DNA from: the human T2T-CHM13v2.0 reference genome, Homo sapiens | NCBI RefSeq assembly: GCF_009914755.1 | Contig: NC_060942.1 | DNA: 64,000 nt | Direction: 5' to 3' (one strand) | Shown: positions 39,570 to 54,861 of the stretch, one piece after another | How positions within the stretch are numbered: the stretch's first letter is position 1 | Layout: each line of letters opens with the position of its first letter | Program-made: the position numbers and the translations under genes | The notes under the pieces: generated by a model | The model's input: the letters and a program-made list of their open reading frames with translations, nothing else | What the model was told of the DNA's origin: nothing | The model's database searches: none

Positions 39570-40490
39570 CTTAGTAAGAGAGCTAAGGAAGCAAAGAGAG
39601 GGGTTACATATTTTTCATTCAAGACCCCTGATGGGGTTTTCTGATGTAAGTGAGATATTAGCTGAGTCTCAAAAAAGGAATGAGGTAGGTGGGTAAGTAT
39701 GTTGAGGGAAAGCATTTCTGGCAGAAAATAGTCTAAGAATTGCATGGAGGCCCAAGAATGCATGGAGTCTCAGATGAAAGGAGTGAACGCTTTTCTATAG
39801 ACAGCAAAGCTATAACTATGGAGCACCAGGATGTATGATGGGAGGTAAACGGTGGCCAGGAATAAGCCTAGAGAGCCAGCTGCAGGCCTCTTGTGCATGT
39901 CAAGGAGCTCAGGCTCTATTCTTCTGCGGATCATAGCCCATGTAGCAATTTAAATATGGAATTTGGTAGTCAAATGAAAATTTGCATTTGGATGGTGTCT
40001 CAGTCTGTTTTGTGCTGCTATAACAAAATACCTAAGACTAGGTAATTTATGAAGAACAGAAATTTATTTTTTTCATAGTTCTGTAGGCTGGAAGTCCAAG
40101 ATCAAGGCTCTAGTATGTTTGGATGTCTGGGAGGGCTGTTCTCTGCTTCCAAGATGGCGCCTCAATGCTGCATTTTCCAGAGGGGTGGAATGCCGTGTCC
40201 TCCTATGGCAGAAGGGCAAGAGAAACAAACTTCCTCTATCAAGCTCTTTTATAAGGATAGCTAATTTCATTCATGAGGGAGAGGCCCTCATAGCCTCATC
40301 ACCTCTTAAAGGCTACATCTCTCAACACTGTTGCATTGGGGATTAAGTTACAACATAAATTTTGCAGAGGATGTGAACAGTCAAACCACAGATGGATCAA
40401 TTAGGTAGCAGGGTGATTAGGGCATTAGAGGAGAGAAATACTGGAGCCAGGGAGACCGTTTTACAGTAATCTATCTGGGAGATATATTTT
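39570..40490 (-). mobile_element. L2 fragment split by an MST LTR
   Basis: agctgagtctcaaa...gggaaagcatttctggcaga...atttgcattt, then after the LTR ctggagccagggagacc. Confidence 0.6.
39996..40390 (-). mobile_element. MSTC/MLT1A-like solo LTR
   Basis: tgtctcagtctgttttgtgctgctataacaaaatacc...ctctgcttccaagatggcgcc; perfect 5-bp TSD gatgg at 39991-39995 and 40391-40395. Confidence 0.9.
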
Positions 40491-40589
40491 GATGCCTTCC
40501 TTAAATAAAGACTGTCTTAGAACTGATAGTCATTTTAAGAATGTTGTGAGTGGTATAAATAATACAGCAGTGCAGTTCCATCTAAAAAC

Positions 40590-41206
<617 letters not shown>

Positions 41207-41309
41207 TTCTAACCATTGTTCCTTTTTTCCTGTTGTCTCTGGGAACCATGCCATCCCCTTTCTATGGTTCCTAAAGGCCAGAATTTATGTAATGGATAAC
41301 AGTCATATT

Positions 41310-42200
41310 CTCAACCTTTTCAAATGAGTTTTGCTTTATTTCTGCCTTGTTTATGAAATCCTTTTCTTTCAAATAGTCATTAAACTATTTTACTATAATT
41401 TATTATTTTCCTTGAAGTGTTGAAGTTTTGTTCTTCACATTGAGGCTCTCAGTCGACCTGGAATAGAGTTTTGAATACAGTGTGAACTTTGAATGATTTG
41501 CTTCCCCCACACCTACATTGATAACTAGCGTCCCCAGCTCTATTTATTGAAATGACCATGTTTTCCTCACAATTCCAAAATCATGCTTCTGCATGTGGAA
41601 AATCTGCATGTACATGTGAACCTGATTTTGGATGCTTTTTTCCTATTGCATTGGTCATTTGCACTCTTTTGCTAGTACCATGCTGTCTATATTATTGTAG
41701 CTTTATCATAAATCTTGATATTTGGGCAAGAAAACACACCTAACTTATTTTTTTTCAAAAAGTTTTTTGCCTTTTTAACATTTTGTTTTTGTGGTATGCA
41801 TACCAGAATTAGCTCATCAAGTTGCCACTAAAAGCTCATTGGATTTTAATCGAATTGCTTTGACTTAATAGATCGATTTAAGTACACTAAACGTCTTTAC
41901 CATTGACTCTTTTTATAGATAATCTTCGCATTTATTACTTCATTTCTTTGGATCTTCTTTAATCACTTTCAATAAAGCTTTGTAATTTTCTCCTTAAAAA
42001 TTTTGCGCATTGTTGTTGTTGTTGGTGTTGTTTTTTAACTAGGCCACTTGTTTTTAGTTTTTCCTTTCCTTGACATTTAGAAAATTACAAAATATAACTG
42101 TGTTCATGTTTGGCTTCTGCCACTTACTAACAATAGCTTGAATAACATTTGTGGCTTGTAAAATATTCTTTGAGTTTCAATGTGTTAAAAGTCTCATCCC
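41310..42200 (-). mobile_element. L1ME ORF2 fragment
   Basis: gttttgttcttcacattgagg...attattgtagctttatcataaatcttgatatttgg...gattttaatcgaattgc. Confidence 0.7.
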
Positions 42201-43694
42201 TAGTGAGTAAATTGGGATTTACTATATAACCCAAAGTTATATAGTGCCAAGATTATGAAACAAAAGATCTCATGTAGATGAAAATTAATGCAGTAAACCT
42301 TTTCATAAAAAGGACTTTTACATGTGGGTCATAAACTGCTTCTGAGTCGAATTTCAAAAAAATAATAAAAAAGCCCAGAAATCTCATTATCAAAGGCAGA
42401 ATTATCTAAGTTGCTGTTTTCTAAGGAGGTAGACATCTGGCTGTATTAATTCAGTCATTTTTAATGAAACAGTCTCTTACTCTCTATAAATTCAGAGAGT
42501 TAATTTATGTTTACTTAATGTTTATTTGCATGCCTACCTACAATCTATTATAGATGTGTCTTTATTATCTAGTTTGTGATCATATCATAAATTCAAATTT
42601 CTATTATTTATCTATCTGGAATTTTGACTCAACTTTGTAGTTTACACTTTTTTTTCCCCTGTTTTGAAGTGGTTATAGATTTTCTTGCTTACCTGCCTTT
42701 GTAAACGTCTAATCTCCTGTTATCTTACTCCCTTGGTCAGGCTGTCAATAATATAAGCTTATTCAGTTTTCCTCTATGTATCTTGACTTCTACTTCCGAA
42801 GCCTCTAATTATAAACTGAAGGAGTTTGCCATTTTATCTTTTTTCTTCCTCCTAATGCCACATAAATATGAACTTTTCTTTTTTGAACTATTAACTCCTT
42901 CTGAGGTTTTCAGTTAGCATGGATAGCTTACCAAAATTGCAGCCATCCTTAGAAACTGCTCTAACCCTCTCTCCTACATATTACCAATCATCATTTTAAA
43001 ACTTGTAGAATTATCATGATGTAAATACTAGTGTTCTTAGATCTTTTTGCATGCCTATATTAGCACAAGTGTATATATTGTTCTGGTCCAATTTTGCTTC
43101 CGTCTTATGCAGGAGTAACTCTAAAACCTTTGTATTCCAGGGCCAACTAAATATTTGAGTCCTGAATAGTCACTGGGCACATTTTTCTGTAATTTTCTTA
43201 CTTTTTTTGACTTATCTTCCAATAAATTGATGACTTTATCACTTCTCTCATGCACTAAGCTCTTGCTCTTCTGTGAATTTCCCTGACTTGGGATCAGTAA
43301 TCATCACTGCAATTTTTCAAAGAAATTAAAGGTAAGGGAGCATCACATATTAGATGAAATAAGTGTGTACATGTGAATCTATCCAACATATCTTTCATTC
43401 TTCAAATGAAAATAGTCACATATTTATAATCCTAAAGAGAGGTCTAATTTCTAATGAGCACAAATGTGTTTACTTGAATATATGATTATTTCCTGAAAGT
43501 CTCTTTGGTTACCAGAATGCTTTTGTAGGTATTATGAGTAAAATAGAAAGCCTTGATTTGTTCAGGGGAATGAGGCATTCTCGTAAATATGTATTTTTAT
43601 ACAATGTAGATAGCTGATCATATAGGGTCTTCTACCTTATCTCTTATGATTGCTAATTTTCTCAAATGTTTGTGTCTGCTTCCCCTTAGTATCA

Positions 43695-43696
<2 letters not shown>

Positions 43697-43729
<33 letters not shown>
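43697..43729. repeat. (GT)16
   Basis: Counted directly. Confidence 0.97.
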
Positions 43730-43730
<1 letters not shown>

Positions 43731-44351
43731 TTCAACTTACAACATATTTCTTTTAAATGCTCATTTTTCCCTCTCAACATTATGCCAGCAGGGGATCAGT
43801 GACACCTGGTTCAGTATACACATTCTACCCGTCAAAAATAACTCATAAGTTTAATAAATTTTGTGCATAATATAAACAGTTAAACTCTTTCTTTAGTAAT
43901 ATGCCTTTATTAAAATCACGTATATTCAACAATAAGTTGTCTCATGCTTACATTAATACTCAAAGGAATTACGGTGCAAATACAAAAGAGACGACTTTTT
44001 TTTTACAATGAAAAATACTCTAGCAAACGAGATTTAACACAGGTTACTTTTTATGCCCTATTTTGCAGGATTTAGTTTATTTTCAATGTTACCACTTGAC
44101 AAAGGAATACAGTACCTTTTTGCCTTATGCCTTAGGTCTATTGGTTTAAAATTGCTTTGCACAATTAAAGGTGCAGGTTATTGTCACACTTAACCTGGAA
44201 TATTACCTAGAGTTGGAAATACTGCTGCCTGACATAATGCAAAGTATAGAGGATAGACGGGCTTTTCCTACCTATTGATCAGTACAAAAAGACACATTTA
44301 TGTTGACAAGAAAAGAGTATCTAATGGCCTTTCCTTGGATGAGTCAAAACA

Positions 44352-44541
44352 CAGTGCTTTTGAACATGTAGCTCACAGATCACTGCTTCAAAATCACCTG
44401 AGAAGCACCTTTATAGTGTAATTTCAAGGACTAATTCCAGACCTGCTTGATAAAAATCTCTAGGGATGGAGACTGAAAAGCTGATATTTACAATAAGATG
44501 ACTATAGGGAAACCAAGACATACTAAAATTTGAGGCAACCG
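44352..44541 (+). mobile_element. MER5A/B, degraded
   Basis: cagtgctt...aaatcacctg...ccagacctgct...aatctctagggatgga...tactaaaatttgag. Confidence 0.6.
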
Positions 44542-44895
44542 TCTAACTGAAAAGAACATGTGTGACAGGGTGGTTCTAGTCCCAAATCTAGCTGATGACA
44601 GAGACCTTGGCCCATTCTATTATTTAGCTTTGGGCCTCTGCTTTCTCATCCATTAGACCGAGAATTAGGAGTAGGTAATCTCTAATTCCCTTCTAGCTCT
44701 AAAATTTTGTAGATGTAGCATTTTTAAGACAGTAAAGAAAAGGAGAATAGGAAAACTATCAAGATGGGAAAACTAGGTAGAAAGTAAATTTCATAAAACC
44801 TATAAAGACTAAAGCAAAATAAAAGTTTAACTTAAAAAGTTGAGATTATTTTTTAAAAAAATAAACGTATTTAGAAACCCTAAAATGTGAAGTTA

Positions 44896-44897
<2 letters not shown>

Positions 44898-44934
<37 letters not shown>
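44898..44934. repeat. (AC)18
   Basis: Counted directly. Confidence 0.97.
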
Positions 44935-44938
<4 letters not shown>

Positions 44939-45647
44939 ATTCTCTTAAAACAAAAATTGACAAAGCAAGGAATATGTCACAGAAATCTACAGTTAAATAA
45001 AGAAAAAAGGAAAAACAGAAAGGAATGACACTGCAAACATTAGGCCTGAAGAGAGAATTTTTTTGATTCAATAAAGAGAAAACCTAAAAAAAAGAAGCTA
45101 AGCTTTCTTTAGAGCATTTTACATTAAAGAGCATATGCTTTTCCTTCTTGATTTAATTTACATAGATTGTTCTATTTTTCATTTTTCCTCTCATTATGTA
45201 TGTTTACTAAGAAATTTATCACTTTGTTTTCTTCTGAATTTTGAAATTTGGCCATAATTTATGTCAGAACCTGTATTTCCTTGTCAATATTTGCTAGGTT
45301 TGCAGTAGTGCTTGGGAATGTGTGAAAGGTTATTTTTTTTTTTAAGTAAAGGTGGCATCTAAGATGATAAGTAGAAAAGTTCTTAATTAATTAGCTTGAC
45401 AATCCTTCTCACCCACCACTGCTAGATTAATTTTATTCGAATGTGTTTTCTTTATGTAACTCTGCTGTTCAAGGACTAAGGGCCTCAACTTGGCATTTGA
45501 TGCTCTCGGTATTCTGGCTTCATTTCATCAATCTGACCAAATGTCTCCTTCCTTATCAACTTCATTACCCCAATTCTGTCAGTCCCATCTCAATAATCAG
45601 CTAGTCAGAAAGCTTCTCAAGGAACAGGGAACATCTGATAGCTTCTA

Positions 45648-46085
45648 TGTATATCAGTTATGGTTTCATTTCAGCCACCTACCAGAAACAGCAATGGCTT
45701 AAACAATAGGTGGCTATTTTTCTTCCCTCCCAGTAATAAGTCTGAAGGAATGCAGTTGCTGTAATTTTATTTAAGCAATGACCTTTTCCTCATGTTTGAA
45801 AAGTGGCACTTCCCATTATTTCTGAGTTCAAAGTAGAAAGAACAGAGAAGGGAGGAAGGTTGCACCATCTGTGCCTGTCCCTTCTTTGTGGGGAAGGAAA
45901 AGTCTTTACCAGAAGTCCCCTCCCCAGATTTCCACTGACATCTCAGAGGCCAGAATCACACATAGTATGTCCATTTCTAGCTGCAAGGGAAGCTTGGAAG
46001 TGAAGTGGTAGCTTCCCTGCTTTTATAGTGCAAGGCAAAGGAGAAGGGTATGAGGGAATGGACAGGGGTCATCCATCTCATTGTC
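45648..46085 (-). mobile_element. Old ERVL-type LTR (LTR33/MLT1-like)
   Basis: caatggcttaaacaa...ggccagaatcaca...ctagctgcaagggaagcttggaa. Confidence 0.6.
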
Positions 46086-46294
46086 ATTTATTTGCTTGAT
46101 TACATTTTATGCAGATTATACTTGTGATATGATCTACACAGTCATCATATAAATTATCTCCTCAATGAGTTTGTATACTTTTCAAGAGCAGAGGATAGTA
46201 TTCCCGGTTGGTATGCTTCAAAGTGATTAGCTCAAAGGGGGCTCTTAATAAATATTTATTGGCATATATTTAATGCACACTCATCTGTTTGGGG

Positions 46295-46530
46295 CAATAT
46301 GGTTTACTATAAGGAGCTGAAGTTCTGGAATCTAAAAAATGGAATTTGAGTCATTAATCTCCTATTTAATAGCTATATCATGGTCACTGACTTGTCAGGT
46401 AACATCTCTTAGACTCATTTATTTTTCTGTGAAATGGATAAAGATAATTAAATGTACTTTATTAGGTCTGTTTGAGACATAAATGTGAAGATGCGGGTGG
46501 AAGCCTATTATAAACAATTAAGCACTAGAT
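46295..46530 (+). mobile_element. MIR
   Basis: ttctggaatc...catctcttagactca...tctgtgaaatggata. Confidence 0.5.
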
Positions 46531-47339
46531 TGGAAAAGTTAAGCACTGTTCTTAATATAATATTTTTAAAATTCTGGAAGAAAAATTGGCTAAGTGACAA
46601 ATTTGCAAGAGGCAGTGGAAGTTATTCTCTTACTGTTATATGACATTCCTTTTAAAGTCGTACAGCTAAACCAGGAAAGAGACTGCAATTACAACTAAGA
46701 AGCTACTGCATTCGATTTGTTAGGCTTTCACAACTGCTTCTACAATCGCTAAGATTAACTTGCCATTTGTTCTGATATTATTGCAGCTGCAAGCAGCATA
46801 CAAAGATGTGGTACTTTAGAAGAAATTTAGAACTCCAGAAAATATTGTCTAATCAGCAGTCCTGCTCAGTAGCGGATAGAGAACAGAGTGTAAAACATTT
46901 ACAATTATATGTGGACAATAGCATTCAGCCATATATTGGTATTCTGATTTAGATACTCATTAGAAAATGTACCCCACCTTGTCTGATTACAGTTGGATGA
47001 TATTGCTATCCTTACTCTTTCACTGAGCTACACTTAATGACTAGACTTTATTTGGGATATCAGAGAGTGGATATTACCTGAGTAAGGGCATTACTTTTGA
47101 AGGATAATGGAAATAATTATATGTGAATTCAGCACCCAATCCACAGTTGCTTCCTCTGACACCAGTCAGTAATCTCATGCAGCTTAATATGGTTCTGTGG
47201 TTGAGGTTAGGTGAGTAATTGTCGTATCAATTAAGTAAATTAAACTAATTTTTTTAGCTTTTATTATTCAGATCACTTATATTTGCATACTACAAAGAAT
47301 GCAATCTTTCAATCTGGGTTACCCTAAGTTTCACTATCC

Positions 47340-47543
47340 AGTGGAATGACAGAGAAAAGAGAAAACAGTGTCATATAGGTGGTTTTGATGAGCCAGGCCT
47401 GGAAGTGACCCATAGTAAATTTTCTAGAAGTCAGTGTGAAATTGCCACTTCTATCTTCAAGGAAGGCTGGAAAATATAGTTAGCTCTGTTCCCCAGAAGA
47501 AACAGAAATGCATTTTGGTGAACACAAAGCAATTACTACTACA
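47340..47543 (-). mobile_element. LTR16/LTR33-family fragment
   Basis: gccaggcctggaagtg...caaggaaggctggaaaatatagt...ttggtgaaca. Confidence 0.6.
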
Positions 47544-47544
47544 C

Positions 47545-47745
47545 AGTGCTACCATTTACTATCTATGTATTGTTGGACAACTTGCTTAAACTCCCAGACC
47601 CAATTTTCTAGTCTATTAAAAAAAACAACAAAAAACACCATAATACTTGCCCTATTGGATTTTGTGATGTCAATAAGAATGACACATTTAAAGACCTTAT
47701 CCAGTGCCTAGTACAAAGTAGGTATTCTAAAACAATATTATTTCT
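47545..47745 (+). mobile_element. MIR
   Basis: ccatttacta...ttggacaacttgcttaa...cagtgcctagtacaaagtaggtatt. Confidence 0.6.
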
Positions 47746-48339
47746 GTTTAGTACTCTATGGAAAGAAAACACATAAACATACGTGATCATTATTCTAATT
47801 ACTTGACAATCTAGTTGAAGAGCACATTATATGATGGCAGGAAACATGAAGGGATATTTGATGAATGCCAAAATATTCTCAGAAGATAAAGATCGCTATG
47901 AACTAGGATTCAATTCAGGAGATAGTTGTAGTAAAGATTTTAATTAGCCCCTGATGGAGGGGTGGAAAGAGAATTTAGATATTTAATACTTGATATCAAT
48001 CATTAAGGAGATTTTCTAGTTTGTTTCTTTATATCAGAATTGCTTTTGTAACTGGCTCAGGACTTTGCAGATAGATTATGAGAGTAACATGTGGGGAAGA
48101 GCAAATTAAGTAAGTATACTGGATTAAGTCATTAAGTCAATGGAAATGTTTGAAAAACAAAGTTATGGCCAATCTATCAGAGCTGTGATGACTTCCTGAT
48201 TAAGCTATTATTTATGACTTCCTTCTTTTTCAATTCCTTTTGAAACTTCTGGAAATTGGGATAGTGAAGAAGGGAAAAGAACTTTGTATGAATCTATACA
48301 TTTTCACGCATGTTGAAATGCTAAAGGTCATTTTTTTGC

Positions 48340-48696
48340 TATATTTGTCAGGATGGCCAGGAACAAACACCAAAATCTCAGTAGCTTTACACAACAAAGA
48401 TAGTATGTCCAATATGGAATAGCAGGAAATTTGCTCCCTATCGTCACTAACAGAGGCTCTAGGATCATTTCATGCTGCCATGTCCACATCTCAACTCCAT
48501 GACCACTGTGGCAGGGAAAGAGATGACCACTCTGAGCTACCTCAGACTGGATATGGCATCCATCACTTTTGCTCTGGGGCCATTAATCAGGATTTTTCAC
48601 TTAGCCCCTACTTGCAAAGGGATGAACATGTCTTTCCTTGTGCCCAGGATATTAGAAGATATCCAGGTACAGTGAGCACTTGAAGTCCCTACAACA
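48340..48696 (-). mobile_element. LTR16/LTR33-family LTR
   Basis: aacaaacaccaaaatctcagtagcttt...acaacaaag...catcacttttgctc...tgtgcccagga. Confidence 0.55.
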
Positions 48697-51337
48697 TCGG
48701 GGTACCACTTAAAGATGGGATTTTCAAGATCTAATTGGGCAAAGTCTAAAGGTAATGAGCAGATTCAAAGTGACCATAGAGCGTACTTTTTGGCAATAAA
48801 AATGCTATCTATTTGACTGTCTGCCTATAGCTCAAATCTGAACCAGTGAAATCCGTGGGGCAAGGAACTGTCCTCACCAGAGTCTTCTTTAGAGGAAGTT
48901 TCTCACATCTTCTCACTTTACAAAGTTTTTGATTTATTTGATTTTAGTGAAATCACTTACATAATCCCTTCATTTTGCGTGGTATCATAAAGAATACAAA
49001 GAGTACAAAAATATCCATCTCTTAAGAAGTTTAAAATATTGCAGGTAGAGTTTATATTCTATAACAATTGGATATCAATGCAATGTAAAATGCTGTGTAA
49101 AAATGATGCAAAAAGCATTAAAAACAAACAAAAGATGATTAGAGATCTGGGCTTCAGAGAAACACGGAGGTTTTCTGAGAGAGATAACACTTGAGTTGGG
49201 CCTTGAAATTGGATGAGCAGTGGGAAAGATAAATGATATTTTGGAAAGAGGCAAGCAATGTGTGTTGGGCATAAATGTAGGAATGATAGTGACTTGCAAC
49301 ATGGAGGAACCTCCGGGCCCTATTTTCAAGGATTTTTTTTTCCTATATTTTGAGAGCAACTTCTTTATAAAGAAATGGCTTTTCTGATGCTCTATCTCCC
49401 TTCTTTTCTTTCTCCCTGTCTCTGCCACCCTAACCTCTCAACTTCTGTGTCTGTGTATCACTTACCATTCCCTTTATAAAATCAGGAGTCAGCATTTCTA
49501 ATACTCTGTTTTAAGTAGTAGGAGTTCCGTCCCACAAATATTAATGAGCATCATGTATGTGCAAAGCAATGGAATTTGGGGATAAATACACAACAGACCT
49601 TGTTTTGAACACCTTATATTCAGCTTGAAATCTTTACATATAAACAATAGATGCTAATAGTGAAAGAGAAGCAGAGAGAGGAGAGTTTGGTTTTTGAGAC
49701 CACTGAGGACCTGGCCTTCCCAAAGGGGACAGAGAAGTGTTCTGGAGAAGACGCTCTCTGAACCAATTCCTAAAGAAAGAAGGAGATTTATCCACTTGGA
49801 AACGAGAGGAGGGGACCTCTAGGCAGAGAGTATGGTGTGAGTAAAGATATAGTAGTGTGAAAGAGATTACTGGAAGTTAATTTCCCAGAGATTTGATATT
49901 ACTTGTGGGTACATAAGAACCACATAGGAGAAGTAGTCAAGAACCTGCTGTTAGAAGGCACTGAGTGCCAACTTAAGGAACAATAATTTTATAGGTAAGA
50001 AAGATGCCATTTCTGTCATGTCTAGAAAGCAGGCACTTTTATCCTTAAACCTTGCACTATGAACTGGCCTAGGTAAACATACATTCTCAAATTTGCCTGA
50101 GGGAGTGATAATTTCTAAAACTAGGAGAGTGGGATGTAAAAACCAAACTTGGCTTCGTGTTGCCATCTGCCCTGAGATATGTGCACAACTCACATAATTT
50201 TCTTACATCAAATTCTACCATCAGACAATTGTCCGTATTTTCTCAGGAAAATGAATTCCTGTGGGTCCAGCAAATCCCATAGACTCCAGTGAGTATTTGA
50301 AGCAAGCATCCAACTCAGACTGAGAGTCAATGCAACATATTTCAGTAAAATGTGAATCCAGGCTCACACAGATTGAGACATATTACTTGTAAATGTAAAT
50401 AAATGTAAAGGTGTGCTTTTCTATTTTTTGACAGGAAGGAATATTTGATTCATATGTTTAATATGCTTTGCCTCTTTTGCCGAGGTACAACATAAGGAAA
50501 TGCTATTCATCATACAGAGAAATTTCAGAAACAAATTTCTTAGAAATAGGAACAACCGATCAGAGAGTGAAAGGCGAAAAAAAGTGAATACGATTTATCT
50601 AAGGGGGAAATTTAGTTGTGTTGACAATTCTGTGTGTTCAGTAGTTTGGAGGTGTTAGGACTGAGACAGACGAACAGAGGTTTTGATCTTATTACAATAT
50701 AGCAGCTAGTATGCCGGGTGGCTTAAGCAACATTCACTCCATTTGTAATTAACATGTATTAAGCATCCTAAGGCTTGGCTGTAATGTTGGATTGGGTCTG
50801 GGGCAGGCAGCTTCTTCGTTGGATGGAGCTGGGTGTTAACATGGCCAAGATTATTTGCTTGGCACCTATAAGGACCAACTTTTACTGATGATATATTCTA
50901 GAATTTCTGGGGCATCTTGATTTTAAACATTCCTCTCTGTTATTACCTCCAGCACAACTTTGCTGTAGAATTTTCAATCTATTATATGCTGTGGAATTCT
51001 GATTACTTCTTATATCTGGACGGGGACCTGAAAAAAAAAAATCTTTGTCAAATTATGTGTTCTGAATTTTGGTTTGGAAATTATAGGATAAAAAATGCTA
51101 GAAGATATAGATGACTCAAATATCTTGAACTGAACTATCTTACAAGAAAAGCCCATAAAACAGGAGCTAAGTTCATGGTATGTTGATGATATCACTGTAT
51201 AAGGTAGGAGTGACAGCCTTATTGTCTGGATTTTAAAGGATTTTTATCTTCAAAAGGGTAAAATAGGTTAAATGTACTGGTTTCTAAAAGAAATATTAAC
51301 AAATGTTTATTTTCTTTGCTTTTAAAATACCATCTAA

Positions 51338-51821
<484 letters not shown>

Positions 51822-51919
51822 TTAGTTTTATTCAAGGATAATTCAAGGATAGACAAACTCCTTTCCATAGAAAAATATACAGCAGAACAATCGTTGAAAT
51901 TGACATGGACCCCTCTACA

Positions 51920-52240
51920 CAGGGAATTGGCAGCCTTTCTCCTAAAGGATCAGAAGTAAATATTTTCGGCTTTGTGAGTCATGCCGCTTTGGTGACAGCC
52001 CTGCTATTACTGTCTGAAAGCATCTAGACAATATGTAAATGAATGGGTGTGGCTATGTTTCAATAAAATCTTATTTATGGGCCCTTACATTTAGATTTCA
52101 TATAATTTTTTAAGTTACAAAATCTTCTTTTGATTTTTTTTCTACCCATTTACAAATGTAAAAAACATTATCAGTGCATAGCTATATGAAAACAGGTGGT
52201 GGGCTAGATTTTCCCCAAAGGCTACAGTTTGCTGACTTTT
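51920..52240 (+). mobile_element. MER58B
   Basis: gtaaatattttcggctttg...tagacaatatgtaaatgaatgggtgtggctatgtttcaataaaa...aaacaggtggtgggctagattt. Confidence 0.85.
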
Positions 52241-52944
52241 AAGTAGTGTAAATTTTGGCTTTCTTTCTCATGTTCCTTCTGTTCAGTTTTAGAATTTTCC
52301 CCTTTTGACAGAGATTTAGGAATGTTTGTTGCCAAAGTGGTTAGAATAAATAGTGGTAAAATGTTGTAGGTATGTTTAATCAGTTATGTTTTGTTTTTAA
52401 TTCTCACTTTTATTTTCTCCACCTATAAACCTTCAGTGACACCCCCCTCCTGACAACCACATCTTGTATCAGTCACTGTAAACTTCTGCTGATTTCAGCT
52501 CACAGGGTGCCTTTCCCAGGTGTGTGCCTATACCCCGCACCTGGAAGAAAACTCCCTCCCTGCCATCTTTCCTCTGAATAGTTCTTAGGAGTTCATCAAG
52601 GTCCCATTCAGTTCTCACATCTAGTAGAAATCTTTATAGCCATTCCCTAACATACTGATAGGTACAAATATATAGTTTTGTACCTAATTTTTTATACACT
52701 CTCACACATGTTTTTCAGTACTCCGAGAGGCAGATGAATTCTTTCATTAATACATTGATTAATTTTTCAGTTGCCCCTTGATACAAAGCATGTGTCTGAG
52801 CAGGTGCTGGTGGGTAAAATGTCCTGACTGGCTGATGTATGCAGAGATAGTCCTCTTCCAAAAACTGTAAGTAAACTGTCTTTTAGATCTTCATGTTGGG
52901 TGTCTCCTATTAGCTTTATTGAAGAATTACAAACAGCAACAGAC

Positions 52945-53150
52945 AATAAATAGTTCAGTAATTCAAATCTACTTTAGAATTCCCATTCTGACACTAACTG
53001 CTTGATTTTAGAAAAGTTAAGTAAACTGTTTCAGCCTCAATTTTCTCATCTGTATAATAGGATCACTGATTTCTACCTTGCAAATGGACAGAATAAATTA
53101 CATGATATACTACATGGTTTATAATGGGTACTCAGAAATGGTAGCCATTA
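52945..53150 (+). mobile_element. MIR
   Basis: agcctcaattttctcatctgtataatagga...ctcagaaatggtagccatta. Confidence 0.6.
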
Positions 53151-53339
53151 TTAGCTTACTTCAGTGTGCTGTGGGGTAGTATGGGAATATGAAGAATATA
53201 AATGATTACATATGTGATTTAGAAACACAAAAACTTTGGCATGAAGTAGACAATAAACTAGAGGAGAAAACAGAGATAGGTTTTGGCATTGGACTTTTTT
53301 AAATAAGTATATGCTTTTCCCTACAAGATTTTATTGGGA

Positions 53340-54005
53340 GTTGAGGCATTCATCCACACTTCTGTGGGTTGATGACTCTCCTGTTGATATGCTTACCCAG
53401 AATTTCACTCCAAACTGACATACCCCAATACTTACTCAATTTCTCTTCAGATCTCTCAAAATTAATCTGGTATAATTTGCTCTTATCTTTGCAACAAGCC
53501 CCTTCCTGCTCTAGTGTCTTTGGCTCAGTCAGGTGATGCCACCCTGCACTCAGTTATTCAATCCAGAAACGTGGGGTTCTTGCCTCCTCCATCTTCCTCA
53601 TCTCTCCCCCCATCCCCTGCCAACATGCCCAATTAATCACAAGGTTCCCATCAGTTCTCCTCTTAACTATATTCTTATCATTTTGTGGTCATCACTCATA
53701 CCTACTCTTGCCTTCTACAAAATTCATTGCTCCCGCTATAGTCAGAGTGGCTTTGATTTTTTTTTTTTCATTTTTAGTACAAAACTGGCCATATCAATCT
53801 CCGCTTAAAACCCTTCACTAAAGTTTCATGGCTCTTAGGATGGAGTGTAAATTCTTCAGTTTGACTGAGCAGGCATTAACATGACTGAACCCCTGCCCTC
53901 TCATCAGCCTCTTCTTATCTCACACTCTGTCTTGCTCTCTGGACTCTAGACATACTTGTCTTATTTTATTACTTCTGTTTCTAGAGCCTTGATGGTTGTT
54001 CCTCT
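53340..54005 (+). mobile_element. L2 fragment
   Basis: gatgactctc...cagttattcaatccagaaac...gcttaaaacccttca...tcttaggat. Confidence 0.7.
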
Positions 54006-54533
54006 TGTATTGTATGCTCTGCATTTACTTAAATGGATTTGATTGTGGAAATTGTTTTTCCTTTAGAAAATATATCTCATAAGTATATGTTGGTACTTTA
54101 AACATTTTGCCATTTTTGCCTTATGTAATCTCTTGCACAGCACCTGTCTGAATGGTTGACCAGCTGATGACTGACCACTTCTGTCGAAGAGAAACTAAGA
54201 ATCCTTCTGCATGTAACATATTATGTTATTTTGGGGTGTTTCACATCAAATTACTCAAAGTTCGTCTTTTGCTTTGTTGCTACTACAAATAAGTCTATAT
54301 CTGTCAGGCATTTTGAGTGATAAGAAGCTGTTCTTCCTTCTCTACTTTGGATGTTATAGACAGGATGGACTTCATGCTGGCTGCCATATCTCTAGGCAAG
54401 CCTCCTCTGGAAAATGTTAGTGATAGGGATGCTTCATTTGCATGACTTTTATTATTTTCCTCTAATGTATCTCATGGGATGATCACAACAGATCTGTGAT
54501 ATACATGAAGGAGGTTTTCTTTTGTCTTGTTTT

Positions 54534-54861
<328 letters not shown>
